A stretch of DNA of 64,000 nt from Candidatus Sericytochromatia bacterium (GTDB taxonomy: Bacteria > Cyanobacteriota > Sericytochromatia > S15B-MN24 > UBA4093): contig JAKFCT010000029.1 in assembly GCA_036676495.1 (NCBI GenBank), forward strand, positions 80,051-144,050. The letters run 5' to 3'. The position numbers and the translations under genes were made by a program. Positions 8,025-17,500 of this stretch are shown here, piece by piece; the stretch's first letter is position 1, and each line of letters starts with the position of its first letter. A model generated the notes under the pieces. That model was not told the origin of the DNA, searched no databases, and saw only the letters and a list, made by a program, of their open reading frames with translations.

Positions 8025-9701
8025 ATGGCCCTGCGCGCGCGCGGTTCCGATCTCGGCCCCCAGGGGGGCGGCCCCCCGGGGGGCGGACCCCAGCGGGGCG
8101 GAGCCCGGGGCGATCGTCAGCGGCCCTTCGGGTTTCAGCCGGACTGGCTGAAGCCGCTGCTGCTACCGCTCCTCTGGGCCCTGCCCTTCCTCCTGGCGGT
8201 CGCCCACGCGGTGGCCGACTTCCAGCGCCTGCAGATCGTGCTGCTCGCGGTGGCGCCCCTGGCCCTGGTGGTCTTCCTCAACATCGAGTTCGGCCTCTAC
8301 ACGGTCCTGGGCTACGCCACCGTCGTGATCTTCATCAAGCGCCTGATGCCCAACCTGGACTCCAACCAGATGGGCGTCGTCCTGGACGGGCTCATCTGCC
8401 TGATGGCCCTGCGGCTCGCGCTCGACCTCCTGCGGACGAAGCGCTGGGGAGCGTTCAAGTCTCCCTTGACCCTGCCGGTCATCGCGCTGGCCGGCTACCT
8501 GCTCTTGCAGGTCTTCAACCCCTCGGCGCCGGGCCTCAAGTTCGGCATCTACGGCAGCCGGGATACCCTGCGCTTCCTGGGCTTCTTCCTGGTGCTTTTC
8601 TACATGCGCGCGACCCCCAAGATCAAGCGCTTCATGCAGGTCTTCCTCTTCCTGATGGTGGGGGATGCCCTCTACGGGATCTGGCAGCACCACCACGGCC
8701 TGCTCTACCAGGAGCACCAGTGGCTGCTCGAGTCCAAGGCCTACCGGACCCACGTCCTGAAGGGCTACGTGCGGGTCTTCGGGACGGTCGGGGACGCGGC
8801 CACCTTCGGCTTCATCAACATCACCGCGGCCCTGCTCCTGATCGGCCTCGCCCTGACCTCCAAGGGCTGGAAGCTCTGGGCCTTGCTGGGCCTGACCATG
8901 CCGTGCCTGTACGCGATGGTGCTTTCGTACTCGCGCGGCCCCATGGTGGCCGTGGTGGCGGGCGTGGGCGTGATGCTGCTGGTGAGCCGGAACTGGAAGC
9001 TCGCCATGGCCTGCGTGGTGGCCGGGGGGCTCGGGCTGGGCGCCCTGGCCCTCAACGGCGACACGCGGCTCTTCGACCGCCTCATGACGGCGACCAACCC
9101 GGTGGAGGACGCCTCCTTCCAGGTGCGCATGGGCTACATCGACACGTACATGCCGCTCATCTTCGAGCGCCCCTTCGGCGGAGGGCTCTACACGGCAGGC
9201 GCCTCGGGGCTGTCCATCACCGGCGGCGAGCCCATCCCGGGCACCACCATCGGAGTGCCCACCGATAACCTCTACTTCAAGTACGGCCTGGAGCTGGGCT
9301 GGGTGGGGCTCGCGATCTTCTTCTGGTTCCTGGCCTCCATCTGGGTGGTGACGCTGCGCAGCTACTTCGCGCTAAAAGATCCGTTCCTCAAGGCGACCGC
9401 GCTGGGCCTGCTGGGCGTCTTCAGCTGCTACATCGTGGGCGCCTTCTCCAACGACATCCTGGTCCAGAAGCCGCTCACCGAGTTCTTCTACATGGCCGTC
9501 GGGCTCTCGGCGCTCCTGAGCCAGCACCGGGACGCCGTGTCGGCGTCGCCGGCCCGCGCTTTGCCTTCGGGCCCGAGGCCCATGGGGCTCTTGGAGCCAG
9601 GCCCCTCGACCACTTCCGGGAACGGACCCCAAAGGGGCGGACCCCAGCCGGACGGGTCCCCGCGGACGGGCCGCCGGGACAAGAAGGGAAGACCGGGATG
9701 A
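8025..9701 (+). CDS. O-antigen ligase / Wzy-like polymerase
   Basis: Multi-pass membrane protein with RVFGTVG, LSYSRG and PTDNLYFKYGLELGWVGL motifs, inside the EPS operon. Confidence 0.8.
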   Translation: MALRARGSDLGPQGGGPPGGGPQRGGARGDRQRPFGFQPDWLKPLLLPLLWALPFLLAVAHAVADFQRLQIVLLAVAPLALVVFLNIEFGLYTVLGYATVVIFIKRLMPNLDSNQMGVVLDGLICLMALRLALDLLRTKRWGAFKSPLTLPVIALAGYLLLQVFNPSAPGLKFGIYGSRDTLRFLGFFLVLFYMRATPKIKRFMQVFLFLMVGDALYGIWQHHHGLLYQEHQWLLESKAYRTHVLKGYVRVFGTVGDAATFGFINITAALLLIGLALTSKGWKLWALLGLTMPCLYAMVLSYSRGPMVAVVAGVGVMLLVSRNWKLAMACVVAGGLGLGALALNGDTRLFDRLMTATNPVEDASFQVRMGYIDTYMPLIFERPFGGGLYTAGASGLSITGGEPIPGTTIGVPTDNLYFKYGLELGWVGLAIFFWFLASIWVVTLRSYFALKDPFLKATALGLLGVFSCYIVGAFSNDILVQKPLTEFFYMAVGLSALLSQHRDAVSASPARALPSGPRPMGLLEPGPSTTSGNGPQRGGPQPDGSPRTGRRDKKGRPG

Positions 9702-10876
9702 GAATCACCCTGATCGCCTCGGACGAGTCGACCGCTCCCCTGTACCGCGTGCGCCTCCTGGCACGGGTGCTGGCCCGGCGCTTCGAGGTGGAGGTGCTGG
9801 GCTACCACTTCGACCCCGCCGAGCTCGACCCGCGCGCCCCGCGGGACTTCCCTTACCGGGCCGTTGCAGCCCGTCCGCTCCCGGGCTTCCTGGAAGACGC
9901 CCGCAAGCTGGCCTCCATGGTGAGCGGGGACGTGCTCTACGCCATGAAGCCGCGCCCGACCTCCTTCGGCACGGCCCTCGCACTCGCGCGGCGGCGCGGG
10001 ATCCCCCTGGTCGTGGACGTGGACGACTGGGAACCCACCATGATCCACCCCTACTCCCGGCATGCCCTCAAGAACGCCGCCTACGCCCTGCCCCGGCTGA
10101 GACATCCCAACAACTACCTCTTCACGGCCGCCTTCGACCGCTTGATCGGCCTGGCCGACGGCGTCACGACGGTCTCGCGCTTCTTCCAGGAGCGCTACCG
10201 CCGCGGCGCGCAGCCCTTCGTCCTGGCTCCTCAGTACGTGGACACCGTGCGCTTCGATCCCGCCCGTTACGATCGCGAGGCCTTGCGCCGGGAACTGGGC
10301 TGCGCAGGCTTCACGCTGGTCTTTGCGGGCATCGCCCAGCCCAACAAGGGGGTGGGAGAGATCCTCGAGGCGCTCAGGCGGTTGCCGGATCGCCCCTGGG
10401 AGCTGCTGATCGTGGGTCCCAAGACGCCCTATGCGCTCTCGCTGGCCGAACAGGAGCCTCGCGTGAGGCTCTTGGGCACTCAGCCTCCCGAAGAGACGCC
10501 CAAATACCTGGCCCTGGCGGACGCGGTGGCCCTTCCGCAGCGCGCCGAGCCCGCCTCCCTGGGGCAGATGCCGATGAAGCTCTTCGAGGCGATGGCCATG
10601 GGCTGTCCGGTGGTCTCGACGCGGCTGGCGGACATCCCGGAGGTGCTGGACGGCTGCGGCATGGTGGTTTCACCGGGGGATCCGGCGGCCCTGGCCGAAG
10701 CCCTGGCGGCGCTCATGACCCATCCCGCGCAGGCCCGGCAGCTCGGAGAGGCCGCCCGCCGGAAGGTGCTCTCGGCGTATAGCTACGATCGGGGCGCCCA
10801 GGTGCTCGGGGACCTGATGATGGAGGTGGCGGGGCGTTCCGGCGTTCCGCGGACCGAAAGAGAGGCGTCATGCTGA
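9698..10876 (+). CDS. Glycosyltransferase family 4
   Basis: NKGV and PMKLFEAMAMGCPVV GT-B motifs; 4-bp overlap with the upstream gene. Confidence 0.9.
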   Translation: MRITLIASDESTAPLYRVRLLARVLARRFEVEVLGYHFDPAELDPRAPRDFPYRAVAARPLPGFLEDARKLASMVSGDVLYAMKPRPTSFGTALALARRRGIPLVVDVDDWEPTMIHPYSRHALKNAAYALPRLRHPNNYLFTAAFDRLIGLADGVTTVSRFFQERYRRGAQPFVLAPQYVDTVRFDPARYDREALRRELGCAGFTLVFAGIAQPNKGVGEILEALRRLPDRPWELLIVGPKTPYALSLAEQEPRVRLLGTQPPEETPKYLALADAVALPQRAEPASLGQMPMKLFEAMAMGCPVVSTRLADIPEVLDGCGMVVSPGDPAALAEALAALMTHPAQARQLGEAARRKVLSAYSYDRGAQVLGDLMMEVAGRSGVPRTEREASC

Positions 10877-12123
10877 CGAATGAGCAGATCATCTGCCTGT
10901 CGATCACGCCCTGGGAGACCCATCTGCCGAGCTCGGGGCATTACCTCATGCGGGAGTTCGCCCGGCGAAACCGGGTGCTCTTCGTGGATCGCCCCTTGAG
11001 CGTGAAGGATCTCTGGACGCATCGGCAGAACCCCGAGATGGCCGCGCGGCTGGCGCGGACGCTGCGCCGGGAGAACCCCTTGCGATCCTGGGGGATCGCG
11101 GGGCTGGACGGCTGGGTGCTCACGCCTCCCCCCACCCTGCCCATCAACGGCCTGGACTCCGGGGCCCTCTACGAGAGCGGCTTCGTGGCCAATTCCCAGG
11201 TGCTGCGCCACAGCGTCCGCTGGGCCATGGACGCGCTGGAGATGGAGGAGCCGATCCTCTGGATCTCGTTCGAGCTTCCCATGGGGGCGGGCCTGCTGGG
11301 GACGCTGGGGGAATGCCTGAGCGTCTACCATTGCTTCGACGAGGTGCTCGGAGAGCCGTACCTGGCCCGCCATGGGCGAGAGCTCGAGGGGATTCTCTTC
11401 GAGCGCGCCGACCTGGTCTTCGCGAGCTCGCGCAAGCTGGCTCGGGACCGGGAGGCGATCCGGCCGGATATCCAGTTCGTGCCGAACGGCGTGGACTTCG
11501 CGTCCTATCACCGGGCCGCCGACCCCAAGCTCGCCATCCCCGACGAGTTGCGGGCGATCCCCCGACCTCGGATCGGCTACCTGGGCAATCTCGAGGCAAG
11601 GGTGGATTACGCGCTGATCGAGCGGGTGGCGCTGACGCGTCCGGACTGGTCGATCGTGCTGGTGGGGCCCAGCGAGGGCTACTGGAGAGAGAAGCTGGCC
11701 ATCTTGGAGAAGCTCTCCAACGTCTACTGGCTGGGCAAGCGAGCGCCGGGGGAGGCGCCGGCGATCCTGAAGGCCTTCGATGCGGCGATCATCCCGTTCG
11801 TGCGATCGCCGCAGACCGAGGCCATCTATCCGCTCAAGCTCAACGAGTACCTGGCGGCCGGCAAATCGGTGGTGATGACCCCGTTCGCCGACCTGCGGGA
11901 GTTCCAGAACGTGGCCTGGATCGCCCCGGATGCCGCGTCCTTCATCGGTGCCCTGGAGGAGGCGATCCTCCCGGTGGATCCCGGCATGCTCCGCATGCGC
12001 TGGCGCGTCGCGCAGGAAAATGACTGGCGCGACCGGGCGACGGTCATCGCCCAGGTGCTGGCGCAGCGGTTGAGCGCGCGTCCTCCGAGGCGCCGGCTCG
12101 CAGGAAGGAGGAATCTCGCATGA
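10870..12123 (+). CDS. GT-B glycosyltransferase (TuaH-like)
   Basis: VPNGVDF, PRIGYLG and YPLKLNEYLAAGKSVV motifs. Confidence 0.9.
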   Translation: MLTNEQIICLSITPWETHLPSSGHYLMREFARRNRVLFVDRPLSVKDLWTHRQNPEMAARLARTLRRENPLRSWGIAGLDGWVLTPPPTLPINGLDSGALYESGFVANSQVLRHSVRWAMDALEMEEPILWISFELPMGAGLLGTLGECLSVYHCFDEVLGEPYLARHGRELEGILFERADLVFASSRKLARDREAIRPDIQFVPNGVDFASYHRAADPKLAIPDELRAIPRPRIGYLGNLEARVDYALIERVALTRPDWSIVLVGPSEGYWREKLAILEKLSNVYWLGKRAPGEAPAILKAFDAAIIPFVRSPQTEAIYPLKLNEYLAAGKSVVMTPFADLREFQNVAWIAPDAASFIGALEEAILPVDPGMLRMRWRVAQENDWRDRATVIAQVLAQRLSARPPRRRLAGRRNLA

Positions 12124-12986
12124 GCGCTCCCGTCCTCGACATCATCATCGTGAACTGGAACACCCGGGACCTGCTCTCCCGGACCCTCGACTGCGTCGAG
12201 GCCACGGTCTGCACGCCCCATACCTGCTGGGTGGTCGACAACGGCTCGTCCGACGACTCCGTCGCGCACGTCCGGGAGCGCTTCCCATGGGTGCAGATCA
12301 TCGCCAACTCCGACAACCTGGGCTTCGCGGCCGCCAACAACCAGGCCATCCTCGAGGCGCGCGGGCGGTACGCGCTCCTCTTGAACTCGGATACCGAGGT
12401 GCAGCCGGGGGCGATCGACCGGCTGATCCAGTACATGGATGCCAACCCGGAAGTCGGACTTTGCGGCCCCAAGCTGCTCAACGCCGATCGCAGCCTGCAG
12501 CCTTCCGCGCGCAACTTCTACAGCACCTTCGGATCGCTCATCGAGAACAAGCTGATCGCGCAGTTCTGGAAGACGCCCCGCTCCCAGACCCGCTTCCTCA
12601 GCTACTGGGACCATTCGTACACCCGTCCGGTGGACTGGGTGACCGGGGCCTGCATGCTCGCACGGATGGACACGATTCGCCGGGTCGGCCTTCTCGATAC
12701 CGCCTTCTTCATGTACGGCGAGGAGATCGACTGGCAAATGCGCATGCAGAAGGCCGGCTACCCGATCCACTTCGTGCATGACGCCGAGGTCATCCATCTG
12801 GGAGGCGGCTCCTCGCAGCAGGCCTTCCAGAAGATGCGGCGCCAAGAGTACCTGAGCCGCCAGATCCTGATCGACAAGCACTACCCGCCCCATACCCGGG
12901 CCGTCTTCCGGGTCAAGACCGCTGTGGGCATCGGCTTCTGGAAGGCGCTGGCCACCCTCTCCGGGAAGAAGCTGGAGCAGGTTTAG
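12120..12986 (+). CDS. Glycosyltransferase family 2 (WbbL/rhamnosyltransferase-like)
   Basis: IIIVNWN, VVDNGSSD, NLGFAAANN, LLNSD, WVTGAC and FFMYGEEID motifs. Confidence 0.9.
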   Translation: MSAPVLDIIIVNWNTRDLLSRTLDCVEATVCTPHTCWVVDNGSSDDSVAHVRERFPWVQIIANSDNLGFAAANNQAILEARGRYALLLNSDTEVQPGAIDRLIQYMDANPEVGLCGPKLLNADRSLQPSARNFYSTFGSLIENKLIAQFWKTPRSQTRFLSYWDHSYTRPVDWVTGACMLARMDTIRRVGLLDTAFFMYGEEIDWQMRMQKAGYPIHFVHDAEVIHLGGGSSQQAFQKMRRQEYLSRQILIDKHYPPHTRAVFRVKTAVGIGFWKALATLSGKKLEQV

Positions 12987-13103
12987 ATTAAATTTTGATT
13001 AAATCGATCACGGGGCCAGCATTAACGCGAATTTAACGCCCGATGAGACGCATGTGGACCTGAGCCTCGGTTCGGGACCCCACGCTTTCCCTTTGTCGTG
13101 TGT

Positions 13104-13134
13104 GACGGCGCCCCCAGTCTCTGGGGGCGCCGTC
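13104..13134. terminator. GC-rich hairpin between convergent genes
   Basis: GACGGCGCCCCCAG-tct-CTGGGGGCGCCGTC, a 14-bp perfect stem. Confidence 0.65.
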
Positions 13135-13150
13135 GCGCGTTTGGCTCCCG

Positions 13151-13190
13151 CGCAGGCAGAGACGCGCAGGCAGGGACGCCTGCGCCACTG
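13151..13190 (-). repeat. Dispersed copy of the 21-bp REP-like unit found in tandem at 34325
   Basis: The reverse complement of 13167-13190 (CAGTGGCGCAGGCGTCCCTGCCTG) differs at one base from 34323-34346. A partial copy lies at 13151-13165. Confidence 0.75.
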
Positions 13191-13191
13191 A

Positions 13192-13890
13192 TCAGGGCAG
13201 GTCGAAGAGCAGGACTTCGCCGGAATCGGGGGTCTCCAGCCGGAGCTGCTCCTCGTCGACGAGCTGGGCGCCGTCTCCCGCCGCCATGGGCTGACCGTTC
13301 AAGAGGACGTTGCCGCGGGCCACGTGGAGGTAGGCCTTCCGGCCGGGCGTCAGGGGCTGCGAGAGGCTCTCCCCGGCCTGGAGGAGGGCGATGGAGAGGC
13401 GGGCGTCCTGGTGAATCGTGACCGAGCCGTCGCGACCGTCGGGCGAGGCGACGAGGCGCAGCTTGCCGCGCTTGGAGGCCTCGGGGAAGGTCTTCTGCTC
13501 GTAGCTGGGAGGCAGTCCCTTCCGGTCGGGAAGGATCCAGATCTGGAAGAAGTGGACCGGGTGATCGGGAGAGGGGTTGAACTCGCTGTGCCGCACGCCG
13601 GTGCCGGCGCTCATGCGCTGGACGTCGCCGGGCCGGATGACCGAGGTATTGCCCATGGAGTCCCGGTGCTGGAGTTCGCCGTCGAGGACGACGGAGACGA
13701 TTTCCATGTCGGCGTGGGGGTGGGTTCCGAAGCCCATGCCGGGGGCGACGGTGTCGTCGTTGAGGACGCGCAGCACCGAGAAGCCCATGTGGCGGGGGTC
13801 GAAGTAGTCCGCGAAGGAAAAGGTGTGATAGGTGTCGAGCCAGCCATGATGGGCATGGCCGCGCTCATGGCTGGGGCGCAGGGTGATCAT
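13192..13890 (-). CDS. Pirin-family protein (YhhW-like cupin)
   Basis: [45 protein letters not shown] 13890 follows a GGAGG RBS. Confidence 0.95.
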   Translation of the reverse strand: MITLRPSHERGHAHHGWLDTYHTFSFADYFDPRHMGFSVLRVLNDDTVAPGMGFGTHPHADMEIVSVVLDGELQHRDSMGNTSVIRPGDVQRMSAGTGVRHSEFNPSPDHPVHFFQIWILPDRKGLPPSYEQKTFPEASKRGKLRLVASPDGRDGSVTIHQDARLSIALLQAGESLSQPLTPGRKAYLHVARGNVLLNGQPMAAGDGAQLVDEEQLRLETPDSGEVLLFDLP

Positions 13891-13921
13891 GAGGGACCTC
13901 CGGGTTGAAGCCGCCAAAAAG

Positions 13922-13957
13922 AGTTCTAATTAGAACTAATTTCTTTTTAGCTGTCAA
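13922..13957 (-). promoter_or_regulatory. Sigma70-type promoter of the pirin gene with an overlapping 16-bp palindromic operator
   Basis: Minus strand TTGACA-17bp-TCTAAT. The perfect palindrome AGTTCTAATTAGAACT (13922-13937) covers the -10 box. Confidence 0.75.
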
Positions 13958-14214
13958 CCCCATTTTGCTCAGGATCAGAGCCATGGCGGGCGCGGAGGCC
14001 CGCCCCCCGGGCACATCGGCTTGGGTCGCGCACCAAGGCTGCGGCTTGGGGCGGCATCCCCAGGATCTGCCGGTGGCGCGGGCGTCTCTGCCGCGATCTC
14101 AACATTGGGCATCGCAGCGCGGATCGAGTAGAATGGTGAGGATTGGCCTGCGGAAGCGCCGGGGAGCGCGTCCCGCAAGGTGAAGGATACCGCAGCGATT
14201 AGGAGGTCCTCTCA

Positions 14215-16014
14215 ATGTCCCAGACCATGACCCCGCCGGTTGCCCGCCGTTTGCCGAACGCCGGCACGACGTTCGACCTGGATCAGCTCACGTCCGGCAT
14301 CCGCGAGTTCAACGACCGCGGTCAGCTCGGCCTGGATCCGCTCGCCGAGATGTACCGGAGCCGCCGCGAGACCTGGAGCCTGTTCACTCCGGGCATGCGC
14401 GACGAGGAGATCGAGGCCCTGCGGGAGTACCTCTTCCCCTACCGCGAGCTGCCTTCGACTCCCCAGTCCGAGCCCATCGCCGTTTACAACTTCACGGCCG
14501 GCCAGTGGCGCAAGCCCAAGAGCGGCAAGACGATGGCCTTCAACTCGCTCTACGACAAGCGCGTGCCGTTCGCCTCGGTGCCCGACTCCCAGGCCGAGGA
14601 CGTCGAAGAGGCCATCTCCTACGCCTACGACTTCTGGACCTCGCTCGAGTGGAGCACCGAGACCGTGGCGTACCGCAAGTGGGTGGTCTCCAACTGGTCG
14701 CGCATGATGGAGTACTTCTACGAGGAGGTCATGCGCGAGATCCGGCATGAGATCCCGAAGACCCGCCTCGAGGGCAACAAGGACTACTGGGAGGCCAAGC
14801 GCGCGGCCGATCACATCGCGGGGAACGCCGAGAAGGCCATGCGCGGCGAGATCGTCCCCCAGATGGTCGCGAACCAGACTTACTGGAAGAACGCCTACAT
14901 CCCGGCGGGCGTGTCGGCCGTCATCACCCCGATGAACTTCATCTACGGCATCCCCGGCATCCAGATCATCGGCTGCTACATGGCGGGCGCCCCCATGATC
15001 TTCAAGGGCCACCCCTTCGGGGCGGTCTCCAACACGGTCATGATCCGCATGCTCCTGGCTGCCGGCGCCGATCCCCGCGCCGTCCAGAAGCTCGAGGGCG
15101 GAGCGGGCATCACCAGCCTTTCCTCCGACGAGCGCATCGCCGTCGTCTCCGTGACCGGCTCCGAGATGACCGCCCTCAAGATCACCGAGAGCCGCGGCCT
15201 GCGCCCGACCAAGTTCGAGGGCGGCGGCAGCAACTGGGCCTGGATCGACGACGGCTACTCCGATGCGGAGCTGGAGAAGATCGCCATCCGCCTGACCTAC
15301 TCCAAGCTCGGCTTCTCCTCGCACAAGTGCACGACCCTTCACGGCATCGCCGCGTCGCCGGCCACCCTGGCCAAGGTGATCGGCTACGTCAACGCCGAGA
15401 TGGACCGCTGGGTGATCCGGAACCCCGCCCTGGTCAGCGATGAGGCCACCAAGGTGATCGGCCCCAACATGGTCCACAAGGCCCAGACCGTCACCAACAT
15501 CCAGGAAGCGGCGCGCCAGGCGGGCTGCGCGATCCTGCGCGAGGGCGGCAAGGTCACCGGCAGCGCCTACGGCTACGAGGTCGATCCGGACTACGCGGCC
15601 AACGCCGAGGTCATCGCCCCGGTGATCCTCAAGGTCACCCCGGACGTCAAGCTCACCTGCGACTGGGACGGCAAGGGCGAGCTGACGTTCGCCCCGGCCA
15701 CCACCGAGTACTTCATGCCGATCCTCTGCGCGATGGAGGTCTCCTCCTTCGAGGATTACCTGCGCTTCTCGCTGGTCACCAACCCGCATGACCTGGCCAA
15801 CTCGATCTGGACCCGCGACGACGCCAAGCTCGTCAAGGCCCGCCAGATCCTCGGCGGCATGCTCAAGGAGAACGACGGCACGGATTCGGCCCTCGAGTGG
15901 GAGGAGTTCGGAGCGTCGGGCATCGGCGGCTCGGGCAACATGGGCGTCGGCGACGCCGAGACCACCATCGCGATCTTCTGCCGCCGGCAGAAGGGCCGCC
16001 ACTTGGTCTTCTAG
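14215..16014 (+). CDS. Aldehyde dehydrogenase family protein
   Basis: VITPMNF, SVTGS, KFEGGGSN (catalytic Glu), HKCT (catalytic Cys), EYFMP and FGASGIGGSG. AGGAGG RBS. Confidence 0.9.
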   Translation: MSQTMTPPVARRLPNAGTTFDLDQLTSGIREFNDRGQLGLDPLAEMYRSRRETWSLFTPGMRDEEIEALREYLFPYRELPSTPQSEPIAVYNFTAGQWRKPKSGKTMAFNSLYDKRVPFASVPDSQAEDVEEAISYAYDFWTSLEWSTETVAYRKWVVSNWSRMMEYFYEEVMREIRHEIPKTRLEGNKDYWEAKRAADHIAGNAEKAMRGEIVPQMVANQTYWKNAYIPAGVSAVITPMNFIYGIPGIQIIGCYMAGAPMIFKGHPFGAVSNTVMIRMLLAAGADPRAVQKLEGGAGITSLSSDERIAVVSVTGSEMTALKITESRGLRPTKFEGGGSNWAWIDDGYSDAELEKIAIRLTYSKLGFSSHKCTTLHGIAASPATLAKVIGYVNAEMDRWVIRNPALVSDEATKVIGPNMVHKAQTVTNIQEAARQAGCAILREGGKVTGSAYGYEVDPDYAANAEVIAPVILKVTPDVKLTCDWDGKGELTFAPATTEYFMPILCAMEVSSFEDYLRFSLVTNPHDLANSIWTRDDAKLVKARQILGGMLKENDGTDSALEWEEFGASGIGGSGNMGVGDAETTIAIFCRRQKGRHLVF

Positions 16015-16030
16015 TCCCGACATCGAGTCG

Positions 16031-16067
16031 AGGGGCCGCAGCGGATTCGCTGCGGCCCCTTGCTTTT
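16031..16067 (+). terminator. Rho-independent terminator
   Basis: AGGGGCCGCAGCG-gatt-CGCTGCGGCCCCT followed by TGCTTTT. Confidence 0.75.
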
Positions 16068-16177
16068 GCCACACAGAGGAACCAAAGCACGGGTCCATGA
16101 TCGTCGATTTACATGAGGGATGCCCGGGAGTCGATGCCGCATAGTGAGTCCGGCCCACCGAGAGGAGGTACGGAAGT

Positions 16178-16471
16178 ATGCATGCAAGGAAGCTTTGGTT
16201 GGCCCTGGCGACGACGGCGTCCCTCGGTATCCTTGGGTGCGGAAACGCCGGCGCTCCGGTCGTCCAGACGGCGGCCGACGGCGTCGCCCAGGGATCGTCC
16301 TATGCCGTGCAACAAGGGGAGTCGGGGACCGCGATTTGCGGGCGGCGCTACCGGCTCTGCTTGAGGACCTTGGTTCGGGAGCTCGGTTCTCAGGCGATCG
16401 AGGTCTGTCAGGAACGGCGTGATCGCTGCATCGACGCCCTGGGAGAGGGCTATTTCAGCCGACGGAACTAG
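16178..16471 (+). CDS. Small Cys-containing lipoprotein, hypothetical
   Basis: AGGAGG RBS, signal peptide with lipobox ILGC, four further Cys; followed by a 15-bp-stem hairpin at 16478-16515. Confidence 0.65.
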   Translation: MHARKLWLALATTASLGILGCGNAGAPVVQTAADGVAQGSSYAVQQGESGTAICGRRYRLCLRTLVRELGSQAIEVCQERRDRCIDALGEGYFSRRN

Positions 16472-16542
16472 GTCGATCACGGCGCAAGCCCCCTACCGGC
16501 GGGGCTTGCGCCGTGGCGTGCGCAGCGCGAAAGGGGGTTGTC

Positions 16543-17079
16543 GTGAAAGCACTCGGAATCATGTTGCTCGGAGGCCTCGTAGGCGTGGGCCTCGGACTCG
16601 CCACCCCGCATCTCGTTCCCTCCGCAGATCGCCAGGAGGCCCCCTCGGGCATCGAGGCCTTGCGAAACCGCCAGGCCCCCGACTTCACCCTGCCGGGATC
16701 CCAGCCTCCCGACGCGGTCACGCTTGCGGCCTACCGCGGCAAGGTGGTCCTTCTCAATTTCTTCGAGACGGGCTGTCCCCACTGTCACGAGGAGATTCCG
16801 GCCCTCGTGAAGCTTCACCGCGACCTCCGCGCGGACGGCGTCGAGGTGATCGGCGTGGCCCTCGATCCCGTGGGCACGAAGGAGCTGGGGCGTCTCGCCA
16901 AGGAACTCGGCGTCTCCTACCCCATGGCGCTCGGCAACGAGGGGGTGGCGGAGCGCTATGGCGGGATCGAGGGAGTTCCGACCTCGTTCTTGATCGACCG
17001 GAAGGGGCGGATCGTCGACATCTTCCCGGGCGCCGTCGGCTATACGACCCTCGAGACGGCCGTTCGCAGCGTCAAGTGA
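16543..17079 (+). CDS. TlpA-family thiol-disulfide oxidoreductase
   Basis: N-terminal TM, APDFTL, GKVVLLNF..GCPHC..EIP, GVPTSFLIDRKG. GTG 16543 follows AAAGGGGG. Confidence 0.9.
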   Translation: MKALGIMLLGGLVGVGLGLATPHLVPSADRQEAPSGIEALRNRQAPDFTLPGSQPPDAVTLAAYRGKVVLLNFFETGCPHCHEEIPALVKLHRDLRADGVEVIGVALDPVGTKELGRLAKELGVSYPMALGNEGVAERYGGIEGVPTSFLIDRKGRIVDIFPGAVGYTTLETAVRSVK

Positions 17080-17181
17080 GCTGGGGAGGTCGGCCAAGGG
17101 TGTTAGAATCGAAGCACGCTCGCTCAGCGCTCCGGCCGAGGGTTGCTCGGCCCCGCTCGCGGTAAAGAAAGGACGTTCTGC

Positions 17182-17448
17182 TTGGCCATCATCGTCCCCC
17201 ATAACGAACCCGCCCTCACCGTGACCATCGACCTGCATGAGGCCATCCTGGTCCTCGACGCCCTGCTCGAGCGACGCAAGGAGCGTTTCGGGCAACCCTT
17301 CCCCGACGGAGCCGAGGTCACGTTCGAGGAGCTCACCGACCAGTTCGGTTCCGAGGAAGACGCCGAAGACTTCCTGGCGATGATCGAGCTCGAGTCCATG
17401 CTCACCGACGCCCTCCAGGTCTTCGAAGAGGAGGACGACGAGGAGTAG
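17182..17448 (+). CDS. Small highly acidic hypothetical protein
   Basis: TTG start after GAAAGGA, high-GC3 codon usage, ends EEEDDEE. Start position is uncertain. Confidence 0.6.
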   Translation: MAIIVPHNEPALTVTIDLHEAILVLDALLERRKERFGQPFPDGAEVTFEELTDQFGSEEDAEDFLAMIELESMLTDALQVFEEEDDEE

Positions 17449-17500
17449 GGCTTGGTATAATGGAGGCGCGCCGTTGATGCCTCTGACAAGGAGTAGATAC

